Source: a virus
Direction: 5' to 3' (one strand)
IMG/VR virus record: IMGVR_UViG_3300045988_101454
Span: 36,916 to 100,915 of that record
DNA length: 64,000 nt
The notes under the pieces were generated by a model, which was not told where the DNA came from, searched no databases, and worked only from the letters and a program-made list of their open reading frames with translations. Position numbers and translations under genes: made by a program. Within the stretch, counting starts at the first letter, position 1. The number at the start of each line of letters is the position of its first letter. Positions 42,226-52,104 of this stretch are shown here, one piece after another.

Positions 42226-42264
42226 TTAATTATTAATTATTAATTATTAATTATTAGTTATTAA

Positions 42265-43455
42265 TTAATCATCAAGCACCATCGGCATCACAAGCGTCAT
42301 TACTTTAGGCGCAGGGGTATCGGCGGTGAGCACTACGGCGTGCGTAGAATCAAGCAACTGCATACGTATGGTGTCTGAAGGGATTGAGTTGATGCAGACT
42401 TGAACGGCAGTAGATTTTAGTCCGATGAAGAACTTGTCGGGACATTCCGAGTTGGATATGAACACCTGATCTTCACCCGACATGGCAAAGTCTACATCGC
42501 TTGCCGACACGTTGATGAACTTGCCGTTCTTCTCTATCTTTACCAGATTACTTGCGCTGCTTGAGAACAGACTGACACGACGCAGGATGTCTATCATTTC
42601 CTTCTTGTTGAACACAACATAGTAGGGGTTTGACTTCGGTATCACGCTGCCGTAATTAGGGTATCTGCCTTCCATGTGTTTGCAGATAAGTTCGGTGTCG
42701 CCCGACGAGAAGCGTATGGTGTGGCCGTCGTTCTCGATGCTGATGTCTTCGCATCCATCGAAGGCGGACAATGTGCGGAAGTAGTTGCGGTGGATAAGCG
42801 TCTTGCAAGGTTCACCTTTACGGAAGAAGTCGCTACCTCCCTTCTGCGGGTCGTTATTGTGCGTTATCTTGGTAAGGATGTGTCCGTCGGTGGCTGCAAA
42901 AATTACTTCCGAACGGTCGTCGGCAATGTCTACACACAGACTGGATAGCGTAGGGCGAAGCTCGTTTATCTGCACGAACTTATCGGTGGTATCTATCACG
43001 GAACGGAACAACTGACCGGGCAGACTGATGATTGTCGATTTCTCACTATTGGGCAGCACCATCTGCGGATAGTCCTCGCCTGAGAAATACACCATACTTG
43101 CCTTGCCCGACTTAACGCTATCGCCACTGCCGGTGCAATACTCTACGGTGAACGTCTGACCGTCATATACCACTTCGATCGTGACAACACAGTCGGGCAA
43201 AGTACCTAACAGCGAACTGAGCATCTTGATGGGCAACACTATCGGCTTGTCGAACTTGCCGCCACACAGAGTGAGTGGTGCAGGGATAGTGAGCTGCGCT
43301 TCGGTGGTGGATGATGTAAGGAAGAACTGACCGCCTTCGTTACGTGTCAACAGCACATTGTCGAGAATGGCTATTGTATTCTTGGAGCCGATACACTTTG
43401 CCGACTTGTTGAGAGCAGAGTGGAGGGCGCGGGATGATTGAGCTTGAAGTTTCAT
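42265..43455 (-). CDS. dnaN: DNA polymerase III beta sliding clamp
   Basis: 396 aa; N-terminus ..LHSALNKSAKCIGSKNTIAILDNVLLTRNEG..LTSSTTEAQL matches the DnaN pattern (piL.nvll...l.atD.E). Confidence 0.7.
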   Translation of the reverse strand: MKLQAQSSRALHSALNKSAKCIGSKNTIAILDNVLLTRNEGGQFFLTSSTTEAQLTIPAPLTLCGGKFDKPIVLPIKMLSSLLGTLPDCVVTIEVVYDGQTFTVEYCTGSGDSVKSGKASMVYFSGEDYPQMVLPNSEKSTIISLPGQLFRSVIDTTDKFVQINELRPTLSSLCVDIADDRSEVIFAATDGHILTKITHNNDPQKGGSDFFRKGEPCKTLIHRNYFRTLSAFDGCEDISIENDGHTIRFSSGDTELICKHMEGRYPNYGSVIPKSNPYYVVFNKKEMIDILRRVSLFSSSASNLVKIEKNGKFINVSASDVDFAMSGEDQVFISNSECPDKFFIGLKSTAVQVCINSIPSDTIRMQLLDSTHAVVLTADTPAPKVMTLVMPMVLDD

Positions 43456-43487
43456 AAGTTTTGAGTTTTCTGTTGTTTCGATATTCT

Positions 43488-44096
43488 TTAGAACGGCAAA
43501 TCCTCGTCTTCCGCCGGATTATAACCGCCAAGGTCTACGCCGCTTGATTCTGCCGGTGCCACATAGCCGGTGGCTGCACCTGCTACGCCTACATTCGGTG
43601 TAGCATAAGGCGACGGCTGCTGTGTGGGCTGTGGTTGGTAGAGCATAGCCAGTCGCTTGTTCAGACGCTGACGGATAGCCTTAAAGAGGTGGGTGTTCTC
43701 GTCGGTTGGGTCTTGGCTCACGATGTCAGGGTCACGTTCCTTGTTTGCCTCCTTCACCTGCTCCACGAGCTTAGGGTATTTCTTTACCGCTACCTTGACG
43801 AAATCTACAGAGAAAGACATCTGCATTTCGTGTGTGGGAACAGTAACGTTTGTGTCGCCACGCTCCATTGCCGAACGACGCACGGTGTTTTTGTAGTTCT
43901 CGTTCAGTGGCCAGATATTCACACGCATCTTCGCCAGTGTGCGGTCGGGCTTCTGCGGATGCTGCTCCACTTTTATTTCGTTCAAGTCTGCCGGGATGCA
44001 GACGTACACTCGTTCGGGGTTGTTCTTGTCGATACCCTTGAATACCTGCGCTCCGTTTAGAGAGAGCAGGTCAATGTTGCCGTTGTAACTTGCCAT
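43488..44096 (-). CDS. putative ssDNA-binding protein with an SSB-type acidic tip
   Basis: Pro/Gln-rich linker followed by ..NPAEDEDLPF* (compare bacterial SSB ..DDDIPF); lies next to dnaN. Confidence 0.45.
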   Translation of the reverse strand: MASYNGNIDLLSLNGAQVFKGIDKNNPERVYVCIPADLNEIKVEQHPQKPDRTLAKMRVNIWPLNENYKNTVRRSAMERGDTNVTVPTHEMQMSFSVDFVKVAVKKYPKLVEQVKEANKERDPDIVSQDPTDENTHLFKAIRQRLNKRLAMLYQPQPTQQPSPYATPNVGVAGAATGYVAPAESSGVDLGGYNPAEDEDLPF

Positions 44097-44135
44097 TTTG
44101 TTTATAGTTTTTATTTGTTTATTTATGTTTACCGT

Positions 44136-44370
44136 TTAATATAATCTCGCCCTGCTATCGCTCATATCATCCATCGTGCGCACCTTATACCATTTCTTCA
44201 CTCGGTTCTTCGGCGCATACACCTTTGAAAGCCCGATAAAGCTGCTGCAAGCGAGGTGCAGAGGACTGATGTTGCCGCCGAACAGCGGGGAACTCTGCTC
44301 CCTGCAACTACATTTTATGTGGTTGTAAGAAATGCAGTTTTCGCATCTGGGGGGGGGTGAATGTTCGCAT
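44136..44370 (-). CDS. small Cys-rich protein interrupted at a C9 run
   Basis: ATG 44368-44370 gives MRTFTPP, then homopolymer 44349-44357. The protein-like frame RCENCISYNHIKCSCREQSS...RARLY* (stop 44136-44138) needs one base fewer. Confidence 0.4.
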
Positions 44371-44381
44371 ATCGTTTTGTT

Positions 44382-44615
44382 TTATTTACATTCTACTTTA
44401 GAAAAAGAAGGGCGTAGCACTTCATAATACTCTATTTGTTCAATGTCATCAACAGAATAACTCTCGGTGCAATATTCTTCAAAGTACTTGCAGGGTTCTT
44501 TCCCTATTGGATAGTCTATGATATATTTTCCTTCTGCATCAATCTTATCATAGTCTATATAGCGACCTTTACATGGTGTAAACTTTTCAAAAATTTTAGG
44601 AGTGAATACCAACAA
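44382..44615 (-). CDS. hypothetical protein (no ATG start; probably the C-terminal part of 44620-44811)
   Basis: Track start is a TTG. The frame is open upstream to the G5 run at about 44628-44632, where it meets the upstream ORF. Confidence 0.4.
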   Translation of the reverse strand: MLVFTPKIFEKFTPCKGRYIDYDKIDAEGKYIIDYPIGKEPCKYFEEYCTESYSVDDIEQIEYYEVLRPSFSKVECK

Positions 44616-44619
44616 AGCA

Positions 44620-44811
44620 TCAGGACAGACAATCCCCCTTCAATCGGCGAAAATCCTTTTTAGCCTGTTCCATGCCACCAATTCCAAAACAGAATCCCTT
44701 TGCCGTGCTTGCCGTACCACGTTTCTTGCTGTGGTCGGTAGTATTCTTTAATGTCTCTCTATGAAACAACTTAGCTATCTCAACAGAAGACATGTAACGG
44801 TATAATTTCAT
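44620..44811 (-). CDS. hypothetical protein (63 aa; possible N-terminal part of a split gene)
   Basis: MKLYRYMSSVEIAKLFHRETLKN...; ends just after a G5 run. Confidence 0.4.
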   Translation of the reverse strand: MKLYRYMSSVEIAKLFHRETLKNTTDHSKKRGTASTAKGFCFGIGGMEQAKKDFRRLKGDCLS

Positions 44812-44844
44812 AATCTATCTTTGTTAAAGATTAAACATATACGC

Positions 44845-45690
44845 CTACTCCTCCACAGCCAACTTCAACTTTTCCTGCTCGATATACTCATTGCAGTACT
44901 CAGCAGGGACATAGGTATGTGCATAGAACTGTGTGGCTCCAATCACGCGAAGAGTCTCGCGCTCGTTCAGTATCGTGCGATAATAGTGTTTGATATAATC
45001 GAACACGATGTTCTTGGCTGTTACCACATCATAAGCCCATACCACGAACATATCCTTTGTATGTACGCCAGCTTTCGACCTGGTATTCTCTGGCTCATAC
45101 ATCTCGGTATCAATGAACGAAGCCTTAACCTTGAACGGCTCTTTTACAGGAGCATCTGCATCTTTTTCGAGTTCAGCTTCCTCCTGTTCAATGTCTTCTT
45201 TTGTGCGACCGATAAAATGAATACCTTCTATTATCTCCGACTTAGCGACATATATTGACTCGGCACCCTCTGTCTTAAAAATTTCGTTTACAGCGCCCTC
45301 TGCGTAATCGGCTGCAAGATTTTGTGCTCCTCGCAAAGAATCGCTGCGCACAATAAGTACGGCGTTATCTCCCAAACCATTGCGCACCATCACCTTGATT
45401 GGCATAATCCTATTGAACAAAGTTGACTCCTTAGCACGATGCGGAACGTCCGTTATCACTACCTCCTCGATTTTATTATTTTTCAATTCTTCGAGAACTT
45501 TGTCAGTAACCATACATCCTCGATGCGCAATATTCTCAGCACGCTCTATAACGACGTTCTGCTGAGTGTCCTCGTCAATAAAGGTCTCGTTCCATACTCG
45601 GTTTGCTGGCTCCGCCAAATAATGACCTACTGCTTCTGCTACTGGCACTACCTTAGTCTGATAATCCTTTCTAAGCATTATTTTCTTCAT
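44845..45690 (-). CDS. hypothetical protein (281 aa)
   Basis: ORF track. Confidence 0.55.
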   Translation of the reverse strand: MKKIMLRKDYQTKVVPVAEAVGHYLAEPANRVWNETFIDEDTQQNVVIERAENIAHRGCMVTDKVLEELKNNKIEEVVITDVPHRAKESTLFNRIMPIKVMVRNGLGDNAVLIVRSDSLRGAQNLAADYAEGAVNEIFKTEGAESIYVAKSEIIEGIHFIGRTKEDIEQEEAELEKDADAPVKEPFKVKASFIDTEMYEPENTRSKAGVHTKDMFVVWAYDVVTAKNIVFDYIKHYYRTILNERETLRVIGATQFYAHTYVPAEYCNEYIEQEKLKLAVEE

Positions 45691-45725
45691 ACTCTATAAA
45701 TGTTTAAGTTATACTTTCAGTCTAA

Positions 45726-48700
45726 TTAAAACGGCATATCCTCTTCCTTAACATCCGGCGCAACAGCCGTGGGTGTTGTAGCTGCAGGTGCCGACATTCG
45801 CCTACCCTGCTTGCGTGTCTTGTTGTTCTCCCAACGTTCTTTCTCCTCATCGGTGAGCTGTACGATATTACCGCCATCGTCGCGGTATGGCAGCGGGTCG
45901 GGCTGTTCGGCAAAGGCTTTTGCTATGCGCTTGAGCTCTCGGTAATCCTTTGGTATTGCGTCCTTGCCAGGGCGGTAGAAGAAGAACACGTGCTTTGACG
46001 TTTGCATGTAGCGGATGAACTTCGGCTCAATGGTGTTGTCGTTTTCCCACTCACGACCAGTGAAGTATTCCTGCGTCACCCACGCCTGTAGCTTGAAGCA
46101 CTTTCGCTGCTTATCGCTCTCGTTCTCGAAGAGGTGCTTCGGGTTGCAAGTGATAGACATATTCTCGCAATAGTCGTATATCTTCTTCTTGAAGGTGGCT
46201 CGGCTATACTCCTTACTCTTACCTTCTGAAGCATCCGCCCAGTCGCGCATAAACTCGTTGAACATATCATCCGTACATATCGGCACACCATAAACCTCGT
46301 TGCGAGAAAAGAACCACTCGAAGTAGCGGACAATGCTCTCGGTGAGCTTCTGCACCATCTGACGGCGACGCACATTGCCTTGAGGTGCAATGGCAAAAGT
46401 GTGATAGCGCATCAGGAACTGCACTGCTAAGGCGCAGAGATAGATAGTCTGGTTGCGGTCGGTGTCGGTGAGCTTTGCAGGGTCAAGCGTGAAGTTCTTC
46501 ATCACGTCCGAAGGCGATCGTGGCGGCTCGTTTTTCATAGAGTTGCCTCGTGAGAAGCGATCTGAAAAACTAACCAAGGGGAATCGACCTACGGTAGAGC
46601 CTTCATCATCCGACAATGGGTAATTGGATGTAATGACGTGCAAGGGCGATTCTTCCATTTTCAGGGAGATAGGATCGCCATACTTGCGCTCTACATTAGT
46701 GCCTCGTGTCACCTTCACATAGAAGTATTGCAAGGGGAAACCTTTAGGTCGGTCTTCCCAATGTACCGTTCTGTACTTGCCTGGATATTTCAGAATGTCG
46801 GTAAGGCAGTTTTTTGCGCTTTCAATATCCTTAAACGACTTCATATCTATAGGCAGCACGTTTACGGCTGCATCCACCACAAGATTTACCATTACCGATT
46901 TACCACTACCGCCACTCGCCTGCTTCTCGTCAGGAATCTTATCCTCAAGAAAGTAAGGGCAGATATTCTGCATACTATCCCATGAACGATAGCACAAACG
47001 CCCGATACCGGAAAGCATATTGGCAAAGTGTGCATTTTGTATAGCTATTGCATCAGGCGTAAGCGACTTCTTATTGCGCTGGGCTTCCAATTCTTCTTGC
47101 CAAAGCACGTTTGAACAACCGCGCACCACGCGAAGTATGGGCCATAGGTCTTGCTCGCGCTTGCTGCGCCACTCTACCAGCCATCGGTAGGTCTGCGCCC
47201 ACTCCATAAGGTCGGAACGCATCTGCTTGATTTCTGATAGAGAGAACACCGGCGAACCGTCCTCATTTCTCATTGCCTCTTTGGTATCAATAGACCGAAG
47301 CCTACTCTGATATTCCTCGTTTTCCTTAATAACGAAAGGAGGATCGAACACTCGCATCGTGAAGTCATACGGCTTCTTGGCGAGCGAGGGGATGAAGAAG
47401 TTGATGTCGTCGTAAGACACCGTGCGGATGCTGTCGGGCGTTATCTTCAATGCCACATTATTGAAGTAGAAATACTCTGTCTTGGCATCGAACGCATCAG
47501 CAAAGTTTATCACCATACTCTGCAAACCTCCCGCAGACTTCTCGTTAAACGTCTTGTCTATCATGTTTGCGCAATCGGACATCATACGTCGCTCATTGTC
47601 GTTGTGCCGCCAAGCCTGTTCCACATAGTCCATCAATAGAGTTTTTGCAGCTTGCATTATGCTCTTTGCGTCGATATACTCCACAAAACATTTGTTCAGG
47701 TGGATATATTGGCCCACGAGGTCGGTGCTCTCCGGGTCTATCATACGATAATAACCGTGACAAGTCATAAAGAGCCATAATCTTGTGGGCGACACCTTGC
47801 AGGTAGGCGGCTTTAGTTTTCCACTTCGAGGGTCACGCGGATATTCTATCTCAAATGGCTCCGTGTTTCTTGCTCCACGCAATCGGGAGTAAAGCGGAAG
47901 GCGAAGGTCATGATCAAACTGAAAGTTTTCTTCAGCGTTCATGGTATATGTCAACAGATAGTCGCGCACCGACCTTGGGGAACATCCGAACAGCCATTGC
48001 CAGCGTCGGCAATAACGTGAGCGGAAACCTTCGGGCAGCATTGCATAATACAATGAACTAAACTTGGTGCATATAGCTCCACAGTCGCGCTGTGAGGCTA
48101 TGTCGTTGGGGTATAGGATAATGACGTGCTCGGCAAAGCGGTTTAATTTCTGATATTGCCCGGCTTTAAAGTCGAGTTTCTCCAGCTTCCACTCGCCACG
48201 CTCAATATACCAAAAGCTTCTCCGTCCAATGGAGAAGGCCACATGATACCAACAGTAATTTTGGAAGTGCTGGTCTTCTGCCTTGTCAAGGCGCAAGGAA
48301 CGCATAGCATAATACACGCTCAATGCGTCTTCGGGTGTGCGGCAAAAAACGATGTTGCGAGCCTTTATCTCGGCGGTGGGGATTTTTTCATCCACCTTTT
48401 TGAACGTACCTTTCGGTACTCCGTCCTTGGTCTCATTCTCTTCCCACACCTCCTTGGTCTCAGTATATTTCTCTTCGGGGTCGTACTTTGCAATGGCCGC
48501 ATGAACGGCTGTGTTGTCGCTCTTGCGCTGATCCATCGCATATACAAACACATTGTCGCCCATGAGCCACTTACTCACCTTCCTCACGCTATGCTCCTCG
48601 GCGGTAGAGAACACTATCGGGTCACTCCCTGCCATTGCCGGACGGAAGAAACATCCGTATGAATTTTGCGGACCTATCTCTTGCGAGGCGAAGCATACGA

Positions 48701-49391
48701 ACAGCGGATTCCAGGGTGTGCCATGGATTATCTCGCTCACATGCTGTCCGTCGCGTATCACGTCGGGCAGCGTCACGCTCAGCAGGGAGTATATGCGGAA
48801 GTCCTTGTTGAGCATGTCAGGTGTAAACGTACAGCCAAAGCCGAAACGAGGCAATCCTTTATCAAGCGTCACCTCACACCCAAGGGCTGCAAGCTCTTGT
48901 GGCGAGAAGTCGGTCTTCGGCATAAAAGAGAACGTCTCGATGGTCTGCTGCGCCTGAGTACGGTAGTCCATGCGAGCAAACACCTCTGGGAAGGCACGGC
49001 GCACCTCGTCGGTATCGCCATACACGTCCCTTACGAGTCTTTGGCAGATGCGCTGAAGACTATATCCGTGCATCGGAAGGTTCATCTTGACTGCATACAG
49101 CTCGATGGCTCCGTAGCCGGTCTTACCAGTGCGGGTGCATTTCCATTTTACGGCACCATGTTCTGCCAATCGGTTGTCATCAACGCCCACGCCCGAATAC
49201 AGTCCACCTCGTTCATTCTCATAGATAATGAAGTGAGGTGTCTGCTTGACATCGGCATCCGCGTCCTGTCCCTTCTTGCAGATAGGACAGAAGCACGCGG
49301 TCTGACCCTCGATGCGCTGCTCGTTTGCGGGCTTCACGAGAAGGTGCAGGTCGATGTTGGCGAGGCGATTTATGATAGGATGATAGAACAT
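45726..49391 (-). CDS. primase/helicase-like replication protein (P-loop NTPase, D5/P4-like)
   Basis: N-terminal CxxC zinc motif (CFCPICKKG), central Walker A ASGGSGKSV, 1221 aa, acidic tail ..VKEEDMPF*. Confidence 0.55.
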   Translation of the reverse strand: MFYHPIINRLANIDLHLLVKPANEQRIEGQTACFCPICKKGQDADADVKQTPHFIIYENERGGLYSGVGVDDNRLAEHGAVKWKCTRTGKTGYGAIELYAVKMNLPMHGYSLQRICQRLVRDVYGDTDEVRRAFPEVFARMDYRTQAQQTIETFSFMPKTDFSPQELAALGCEVTLDKGLPRFGFGCTFTPDMLNKDFRIYSLLSVTLPDVIRDGQHVSEIIHGTPWNPLFVCFASQEIGPQNSYGCFFRPAMAGSDPIVFSTAEEHSVRKVSKWLMGDNVFVYAMDQRKSDNTAVHAAIAKYDPEEKYTETKEVWEENETKDGVPKGTFKKVDEKIPTAEIKARNIVFCRTPEDALSVYYAMRSLRLDKAEDQHFQNYCWYHVAFSIGRRSFWYIERGEWKLEKLDFKAGQYQKLNRFAEHVIILYPNDIASQRDCGAICTKFSSLYYAMLPEGFRSRYCRRWQWLFGCSPRSVRDYLLTYTMNAEENFQFDHDLRLPLYSRLRGARNTEPFEIEYPRDPRSGKLKPPTCKVSPTRLWLFMTCHGYYRMIDPESTDLVGQYIHLNKCFVEYIDAKSIMQAAKTLLMDYVEQAWRHNDNERRMMSDCANMIDKTFNEKSAGGLQSMVINFADAFDAKTEYFYFNNVALKITPDSIRTVSYDDINFFIPSLAKKPYDFTMRVFDPPFVIKENEEYQSRLRSIDTKEAMRNEDGSPVFSLSEIKQMRSDLMEWAQTYRWLVEWRSKREQDLWPILRVVRGCSNVLWQEELEAQRNKKSLTPDAIAIQNAHFANMLSGIGRLCYRSWDSMQNICPYFLEDKIPDEKQASGGSGKSVMVNLVVDAAVNVLPIDMKSFKDIESAKNCLTDILKYPGKYRTVHWEDRPKGFPLQYFYVKVTRGTNVERKYGDPISLKMEESPLHVITSNYPLSDDEGSTVGRFPLVSFSDRFSRGNSMKNEPPRSPSDVMKNFTLDPAKLTDTDRNQTIYLCALAVQFLMRYHTFAIAPQGNVRRRQMVQKLTESIVRYFEWFFSRNEVYGVPICTDDMFNEFMRDWADASEGKSKEYSRATFKKKIYDYCENMSITCNPKHLFENESDKQRKCFKLQAWVTQEYFTGREWENDNTIEPKFIRYMQTSKHVFFFYRPGKDAIPKDYRELKRIAKAFAEQPDPLPYRDDGGNIVQLTDEEKERWENNKTRKQGRRMSAPAATTPTAVAPDVKEEDMPF

Positions 49392-49571
49392 GATTGCTAT
49401 TATTGTTAAAAAAGAAAGACCGACGGTGATGTTCCCTGGTACTCAACAAAGCAGTCGCTCCGAGGCGTTCAACTCCATATACGACTGGTGCCCAAATACT
49501 ACGGGACGTTGCCGTTCCCATCATCGCCGCCAAGGTCTTTCCTATTTTATTTTTACTTTTACATTTGTTAT

Positions 49572-49988
49572 TTATAAATTCAGAAACGTCTCCGTGCGGA
49601 AGTGCCGGACGGTGCAGTTAGCCAAGCTCTTCATACAACTAATCAGCATCAGCACGAAATCCTTGAACGAAATGAAGCTCTCTTTGAGACCGATTATCTC
49701 CACAGCCACACGCCAATAGCATTTACCGTTTTTCACTCGGCAGGAATGCTCATTTCTTACTATTATATTCCCTACATTGCCCTGCATCATCGTGAACAAC
49801 TTCTGACACACATCCTTCACTAAGGCGAATGGAGCGTGAAAGAGCAGCACCTTGTTGTCGCTGTCATAATTGCGCACTATTTCGGTATAGGCTATGCGGT
49901 GCAGATATTCCCGATGCGTATGCCGTCCTTGCTTTTTGTTCTGGCGGTTGGGAATATAGGGATAGTTCAGATACTCGTGGTTAGGCAT
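49572..49988 (-). CDS. hypothetical protein (138 aa from ATG 49986-49988)
   Basis: ATG overlaps the upstream TAA (TAATG). Confidence 0.45.
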   Translation of the reverse strand: MPNHEYLNYPYIPNRQNKKQGRHTHREYLHRIAYTEIVRNYDSDNKVLLFHAPFALVKDVCQKLFTMMQGNVGNIIVRNEHSCRVKNGKCYWRVAVEIIGLKESFISFKDFVLMLISCMKSLANCTVRHFRTETFLNL

Positions 49989-50665
49989 TATTCCTCCGGA
50001 TATTTCAGATGAGTCAATTTCTTCATCATCTGCCACGTTGAATATATGCTGCGCTTGCAATCAAACACGGGGTCATGCTCCGCACCCCTCTCCACGTCCT
50101 TATAGTCTTCCACAAGGTCGTATACCTCGCTCGGACGATAGAACACACCACGCGCATTACATATCAGTCGAGCTGCCTCGTAAATAAATGTGCGGTGGTC
50201 ACGGAAGAAGGTGTAATGTACAGGTATGTTGATATTCAACTTATAGCAGATATTACGCAAGATAGCAATGTCAAAATCCGAACCTTGCGCCCAAAGGCAC
50301 ACGTCCTGATTGCCATGTTCTTTTTTGAAATCTTCTATCCACTCAAAGAGGTCCTTTACAGCCACTTCGATAGGTCGGCAAGGCAACTCATAGCTGTCAT
50401 TACTTAACAACGAGGCCTTAGCTTTATCACTCTTTGCACCCCACCATTCTGCAGTCTTGCCGTCGAAAGTGAAGTTGTTGACAAACATACTACGAAGGTC
50501 GATGTGGCAAGAGAATACACTTGAAGGATCCTGTGTACTACCATCTTTCAGATCATAAAAAGGAGACTTCTCGTTATCTCGCTGCCACGCCACGGCACCA
50601 ATCGACATGACAGCCGCGGTAGGAGTCAGTGAACAAGTTTCAAAATCAAGCGTAATATCAAGCAT
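49988..50665 (-). CDS. DEDD-family 3'-5' exonuclease
   Basis: MLDITLDFETCS (Exo I D-x-E) and ..GAEHDPVFDC.. (Exo III H-x4-D). Confidence 0.6.
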   Translation of the reverse strand: MLDITLDFETCSLTPTAAVMSIGAVAWQRDNEKSPFYDLKDGSTQDPSSVFSCHIDLRSMFVNNFTFDGKTAEWWGAKSDKAKASLLSNDSYELPCRPIEVAVKDLFEWIEDFKKEHGNQDVCLWAQGSDFDIAILRNICYKLNINIPVHYTFFRDHRTFIYEAARLICNARGVFYRPSEVYDLVEDYKDVERGAEHDPVFDCKRSIYSTWQMMKKLTHLKYPEE

Positions 50666-50683
50666 TTTTTAGTGTATTTATAA

Positions 50684-51181
50684 TTATTTGTTAGTTGTAT
50701 AAGAAGTAAGAAGTTTTCGTATGCCTTCCTTCTCCCACGGTTTCCAGTTGTCGGTGGTAAAACGCTTTATCACTGTTGCCGCACTCATTCCTCGCTCGTT
50801 CATGTAAGCGATGAACTTGTTGCACATACCGGCGTTCACTCGTTTTAAACAAGAATAGAATATACCAGGCTCGTTGCTCTGCGCCAAGGTATATAGATAC
50901 CCCTTGTCGCCCTTCACCATCTGAGGATTTTCCTCGTCCACATATTCTAACAATGGCTGCGACACATCAGTCAATAGTAAGAATTGACGTTTACACTCAT
51001 CGATGCCTTCTATCTCCCATTCAGAAAATCCCTTCTGAAAGAAACGGAGATAAAAAGTGGCGAGAGTAAAGCCTTTCTTTGCCAAAGTCATATACAGAGA
51101 CTTCTTGTCTTCAACCGACATGTCATCTGTCTGTAATGGTGTGTATGATTTTGTGATTTTTTCAACGATTTCCTTTGTCAT
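50684..51181 (-). CDS. hypothetical protein (165 aa)
   Basis: ORF track; -7 box TATATTTG (51208-51215) 27 nt upstream. Confidence 0.5.
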   Translation of the reverse strand: MTKEIVEKITKSYTPLQTDDMSVEDKKSLYMTLAKKGFTLATFYLRFFQKGFSEWEIEGIDECKRQFLLLTDVSQPLLEYVDEENPQMVKGDKGYLYTLAQSNEPGIFYSCLKRVNAGMCNKFIAYMNERGMSAATVIKRFTTDNWKPWEKEGIRKLLTSYTTNK

Positions 51182-51234
51182 CTAATTCTTATTTCTTAAA
51201 TTTGATGCAAATATAATTCTTAAAATTGAAACCA

Positions 51235-51253
51235 CCAACTCTTACTATTGGTT
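51235..51253. promoter_or_regulatory. third copy of the operator-like palindrome CAAYTCTTACYRTTG
   Basis: CCAACTCTTACTATTGGTT in the divergent region between 50684-51181 (-) and the HTH gene 51311-51994 (+). Confidence 0.45.
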
Positions 51254-51310
51254 AAATCAATAGTTTTATATTTTTTAATGTTTAAAGATTTCACATTAAC
51301 ACTTATCATT

Positions 51311-51994
51311 ATGAAGTACCAGTACAATTTCTCTTTTTTAAACGAATGGCTCGAAGCCAACCCCGAGATACCAAAAGGCGAGATTCTGCAAGCTCTCGGT
51401 GCCAAGTCTAACAATCGTTTTAAGGCATGGGTGAGATGCGAGGGACCGATGCCCGTTATCAGTATGCTCCGACTCTGTAACACGTTCCAAATTCCTCTAT
51501 CTGCTTTCTTCCGTGATGTCGATGCTGGCACAGAGGGCGCTGTTGTGCCTGGTATGCCTACGCCTAACGATATTCTTGAACCTATACAAGGCTACGCAAG
51601 TGGCACGGATGAACGGCAGCACGGAGAGCGTTCTATGCTCAACCCTCTCGATGTACGCATTACCCCATCAGTAGTGCCTGGCGTTGTTATGAAGCCAAGT
51701 GAAGCGGATGATACGCAAGAGGCTGCAAAGCCTACTGCCAGCAACGAAAACGCCGATAAGAAGAATACGAGTCTACCTACAACTGACAATATCTGTGACA
51801 CTAACCTTGCGGCTATCGTGGCATTAGAGAATAGGCACATAGAACAGCAGCATCGTCTACTCGATGTGATTGCCGAGCAACAAAAACAGATAGCTAATCT
51901 CACTCGTATGCTCAACGAAGCAAAGCGCAACGACAATACGAACATAGGTATTAATGATGGCTATATGGTTGCCGACCACCCCACGCGCGACTGA
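51311..51994 (+). CDS. putative HTH DNA-binding regulator
   Basis: ATG 51311; ..PKGEILQALGAKSNNRFKAWVRCEGPMPVISMLRLCNTFQIPLSAFF.. is XRE-like. A lone plus-strand gene, divergent from the replication genes. Confidence 0.45.
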   Translation: MKYQYNFSFLNEWLEANPEIPKGEILQALGAKSNNRFKAWVRCEGPMPVISMLRLCNTFQIPLSAFFRDVDAGTEGAVVPGMPTPNDILEPIQGYASGTDERQHGERSMLNPLDVRITPSVVPGVVMKPSEADDTQEAAKPTASNENADKKNTSLPTTDNICDTNLAAIVALENRHIEQQHRLLDVIAEQQKQIANLTRMLNEAKRNDNTNIGINDGYMVADHPTRD

Positions 51995-52104
51995 CATACA
52001 AAACAAAAGCGTTACCTATCCATCACGGACGGGTAACGCCAAAAACTAATTTAAAACCTAAAACTAACCTAATTATTAATCACTTGCTATCTACTACTTA
52101 CTGC

